IMG/VR virus record: IMGVR_UViG_3300020388_000011
Location: 32,001-96,000 of that record
Reading direction: 5' to 3' (one strand)
Source of the DNA: a virus
Taxonomy: Duplodnaviria; Caudoviricetes
Length of the DNA stretch: 64,000 bases
Shown here: piece after piece, positions 61,974-64,000 of the stretch
How positions within the stretch are numbered: the first letter of the stretch is position 1
Layout: each line of letters begins with the position of its first letter
Notes under the pieces: generated by a model
What the model was told of the DNA's origin: nothing
What the model saw: only the letters and a program-made list of their open reading frames with translations
Databases searched by the model: none
Translations under genes and position numbers: made by a program

Positions 61974-62669
61974 ATGGCAGCCATCACTTTCCCAGAAAAT
62001 CCAGTACTAAACCAGCAGTTTCTAGCGGGTGATTATGCTTTCCAGTGGAACGGGGCAGCTTGGATTGGAATATCAGTATCACCAGAAGGGCTTGAAGGTG
62101 CTACTGGTCCAGAAGGACCTAGTGGTGCCGATGGTTCTACTGGAGCCACTGGCGATGATGGTCCTAGTGGTCCCCAAGGTACGACTGGCGCTACTGGCGC
62201 TAATGCTATTGGTCAGGTAGTATCAACAACTAAGACTGATACTTATTATGCCGCAACTAGTAACTGGATTGATATTCCTAGTTTTAGTATTACTCTAACT
62301 CCATCATCAGCTTCTAGTAAGTTTATGGTGTTTGTTAATATCAAAGCATCAGTGACCCCCAACCAAGTTGGGGCATTCAGACTTGTTAGGAATGGTACTC
62401 TAGTCGGTAACGGTGTTGCAGCTGGTCAACGTCCAGCAGCATTTTCTAGGATTGTAAATGTTGATAATGCTTTCGCTCAGATGTTTGACGTAGCACATTC
62501 ATACTTGGATTCGCCAGCAACAACATCAGCCGTTACTTATACAGTACAGATGAAAAATCTCACTGGCTTTGGCGATGAAATTTTAACAATTAACCGTGTC
62601 GTTTCTGATAATGATATTGGATTAAATGCAAGGTTGGCATCAACTATCTCAGCCATTGAAGTTGTATAG
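61974..62669 (+). CDS. Paralogous mini collagen-like protein with a different C-terminal domain
   Basis: Near-identical N-terminal 45 aa, a short GAT/GPS tract and a C-terminal beta-sandwich (LDSPATTSAVTY). Confidence 0.8.
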   Translation: MAAITFPENPVLNQQFLAGDYAFQWNGAAWIGISVSPEGLEGATGPEGPSGADGSTGATGDDGPSGPQGTTGATGANAIGQVVSTTKTDTYYAATSNWIDIPSFSITLTPSSASSKFMVFVNIKASVTPNQVGAFRLVRNGTLVGNGVAAGQRPAAFSRIVNVDNAFAQMFDVAHSYLDSPATTSAVTYTVQMKNLTGFGDEILTINRVVSDNDIGLNARLASTISAIEVV

Positions 62670-62703
62670 GTATATGCTATAATATCAGGAGTAAATATCA
62701 TAG

Positions 62704-62829
62704 ATGACTATGAAGACATTTTTAAACTATGCTATAGTGGCTTGTCTTGCTGTTATTACTTGGGAGTATGGACATCCATACATTCCCGGTCTAGTCGTTG
62801 ATCATCCAGTTCACGAACATACACACTAA
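62704..62829 (+). CDS. Small membrane peptide with a His-rich tail (41 aa), not in the ORF track
   Basis: MTMKTFLNYAIVACLAVITWEYGHPYIPGLVVDHPVHEHTH. Extended -10 at 62675, AGGAG upstream. Confidence 0.55.
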   Translation: MTMKTFLNYAIVACLAVITWEYGHPYIPGLVVDHPVHEHTH

Positions 62830-62830
62830 A

Positions 62831-62992
62831 ATGGAACCAGTAACCTTAACTCTTACTATGCTAGTAGGATTAGTTCAAATATCACCTAATACTTGTGAAT
62901 TTGAACTACTTCATCCTAATGGTCAGATTGACACGCATCAGGTAGAATGTAGATTAATATACAGAGAAGATTTACTACAGATCAAATCGTAA
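62831..62992 (+). CDS. Small hypothetical protein
   Basis: ATG 1 nt after the previous stop; 53 aa with two Cys. Confidence 0.5.
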   Translation: MEPVTLTLTMLVGLVQISPNTCEFELLHPNGQIDTHQVECRLIYREDLLQIKS

Positions 62993-63007
62993 ACTGTCCA
63001 CTACAAT

Positions 63008-63036
63008 TTGCCATATTATACACAGTGATGTATAAT
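63008..63036 (+). promoter_or_regulatory. sigma70-type promoter TTGCCA-N17-TATAAT
   Basis: Near-consensus with 17-nt spacing. AAACTGTC box at 62991. Confidence 0.7.
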
Positions 63037-63043
63037 ATGTTCA

Positions 63044-63126
63044 TCACTCAATGATAGTCCTGAATAAGACTTTAAAAGATTTCAAGCTCCCACAAAGGAT
63101 CCTGAAAGATCATTTGACTTGAGTGA
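63044..63126 (+). ncRNA. Candidate structured RNA / 5' leader
   Basis: An 8-bp closing stem TCACTCAA/TTGAGTGA encloses two hairpins with CTGAA loops. It starts at the predicted TSS. Confidence 0.45.
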
Positions 63127-63142
63127 GTGCTTGTGCTACAAT
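63114..63142 (+). promoter_or_regulatory. Second sigma70-type promoter TTGACT-N17-TACAAT (extended -10)
   Basis: Seen directly in the sequence. Confidence 0.6.
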
Positions 63143-63197
63143 TCATCGGTAATCAATTGCGATTACTTAGTTCTTTATTATTTTACAAATATAAAAA

Positions 63198-63767
63198 ATG
63201 TTCAACAAATCAATTCTAGCCGCTGCTCTTCTTACAGTCGGCGCAATCGCTGGCGGATCTGCTGTATCTGCCGCTGAAATTGGTGTCCGCAACACCACTG
63301 GCTTCTCTACTCGTAACGTTACTGGTGGTCAGAGTTCCTACGTTCGTAGCGTAACTGGTCAGTTTACTGAGAATTCTTCTGGTAGCGTACTTGAAGTCAA
63401 CGCCAACAACTATTCAGTTCTTGACGTATCAGAATCTACTGGTGCTGTCTCCACAGGTACCTTTGAAGGTGGTTTTGGTGGAAGGGCAGCAGGTCTTGTT
63501 TCGGGTAACCGATCTATCGTTGGCTTTAGCAATGGTCGCGCACGTGCCGACCTAGGTCTACAAGGCGGTCTCTCGGGCGATATCATTCTAAATGAGGGTG
63601 ATAGTTCTTCATCTACTGGAACTGTTAGAGATGGTGACTTCCGTCGCGCTTCCAGCGAGTATACTCGTAATGAAAGTGGTGATATCCGTGAAGTAACTCG
63701 TGAGAGCTTCAACTTTAGTGGTCGCTCACGTTCAGACTTCTCTGAGCTAAGCACCTTCTCACGCTGA
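63198..63767 (+). CDS. Exported beta-rich hypothetical protein
   Basis: Sec-type signal peptide (MFNKSILAAALL...AVSA/AE) and a Ser/Thr/Gly-rich alternating pattern. Confidence 0.65.
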   Translation: MFNKSILAAALLTVGAIAGGSAVSAAEIGVRNTTGFSTRNVTGGQSSYVRSVTGQFTENSSGSVLEVNANNYSVLDVSESTGAVSTGTFEGGFGGRAAGLVSGNRSIVGFSNGRARADLGLQGGLSGDIILNEGDSSSSTGTVRDGDFRRASSEYTRNESGDIREVTRESFNFSGRSRSDFSELSTFSR

Positions 63768-63827
63768 TAGAATATAAGGGGGAGTGGTTCCCCCATCACC
63801 CCTTTTTATTATTCCTCTTTGATAACA

Positions 63828-64000
63828 ATGTTTAAGAATATTTCAAAATTTGCTGCTTTTGCTGCTGTTGTTCTATCTTCTGCCCCTGTTATGGCACAAG
63901 ATGCTAGATTCAACGCAAATGCAAATAACAGCGCACAAAACACCCAGACTAACTCTGGTGCAGTCAACCTAGCCCCTATGGGTGGTTCAAACGCCAACTA
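63828..64000 (+). CDS. Exported Asn/Gln-rich protein, 3'-truncated, not in the ORF track
   Basis: MFKNISKFAAFAAVVLSSAPVMA/QDARFNANANNSAQNTQTNSG...; open to the window end. Confidence 0.65.
   Translation, partial: MFKNISKFAAFAAVVLSSAPVMAQDARFNANANNSAQNTQTNSGAVNLAPMGGSNAN

Noticed and set aside
61061-62669. Duplicated cassettes as a diversity-generating retroelement or invertible shufflon
   Set aside because: No reverse transcriptase or recombinase is in the window. The repeats are direct and N-terminal, and their differences are not adenine-specific.
63057-63111. Hammerhead ribozyme (CTGA...GAAA)
   Set aside because: The CUGAnGA core and the required helix arrangement are not present.
63809-63997. 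Minus-strand 62-aa ORF from the track
   Set aside because: The + strand ORF from 63828 has a clear signal peptide and matches the local gene orientation.
1-64000. tRNA genes, introns/inteins, stop-codon reassignment
   Set aside because: No cloverleaf was recognised in the short intergenic regions, and the core genes are uninterrupted and of normal length in the standard code.

Overview
A 64 kb segment of a large T4-like cyanomyophage genome (Kyanoviridae-like). Almost every real gene is on the + strand; gp4 is the only one on the minus strand. In order: (1) 1-20.8 kb holds giant repeat-rich virion/fibre genes, two ending in S74 chaperone domains. (2) 21-27.9 kb is the core block: nrdC, a glutamine-riboswitch-like leader with two unannotated micro-ORFs, thyX, phoH, an exonuclease, gp33, gp59 and gp32. 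(3) 27.9-40.4 kb is the tail/baseplate block: gp4, gp54/19-like, gp48, gp53, gp2-like, gp26, gp51, a tape-measure-like gene, a lysozyme+M23 protein, a hub protein and gp5. (4) 40.4-49.4 kb has two Thr-rich collagen-like fibre genes directly followed by two glycosyltransferases and a prolyl-4-hydroxylase-like 2OG-Fe(II) oxygenase. (5) 49.4-58.1 kb has further fibre genes, one with a tail collar and an 11x HxH needle. (6) 58.1-64 kb is an accessory region with a DNA methyltransferase, an SF2 helicase, duplicated mini-collagen cassettes, exported proteins and a structured RNA candidate. The best leads are a phage-encoded collagen-fibre modification system, a nested double glutamine-aptamer-like RNA ahead of DUF4278/GS-inactivating-factor-like peptides, and a -1 slippery site fusing gp26 to gp51 upstream of the tape-measure-like gene. 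All assignments come from motif recognition by eye; no database searches were run.
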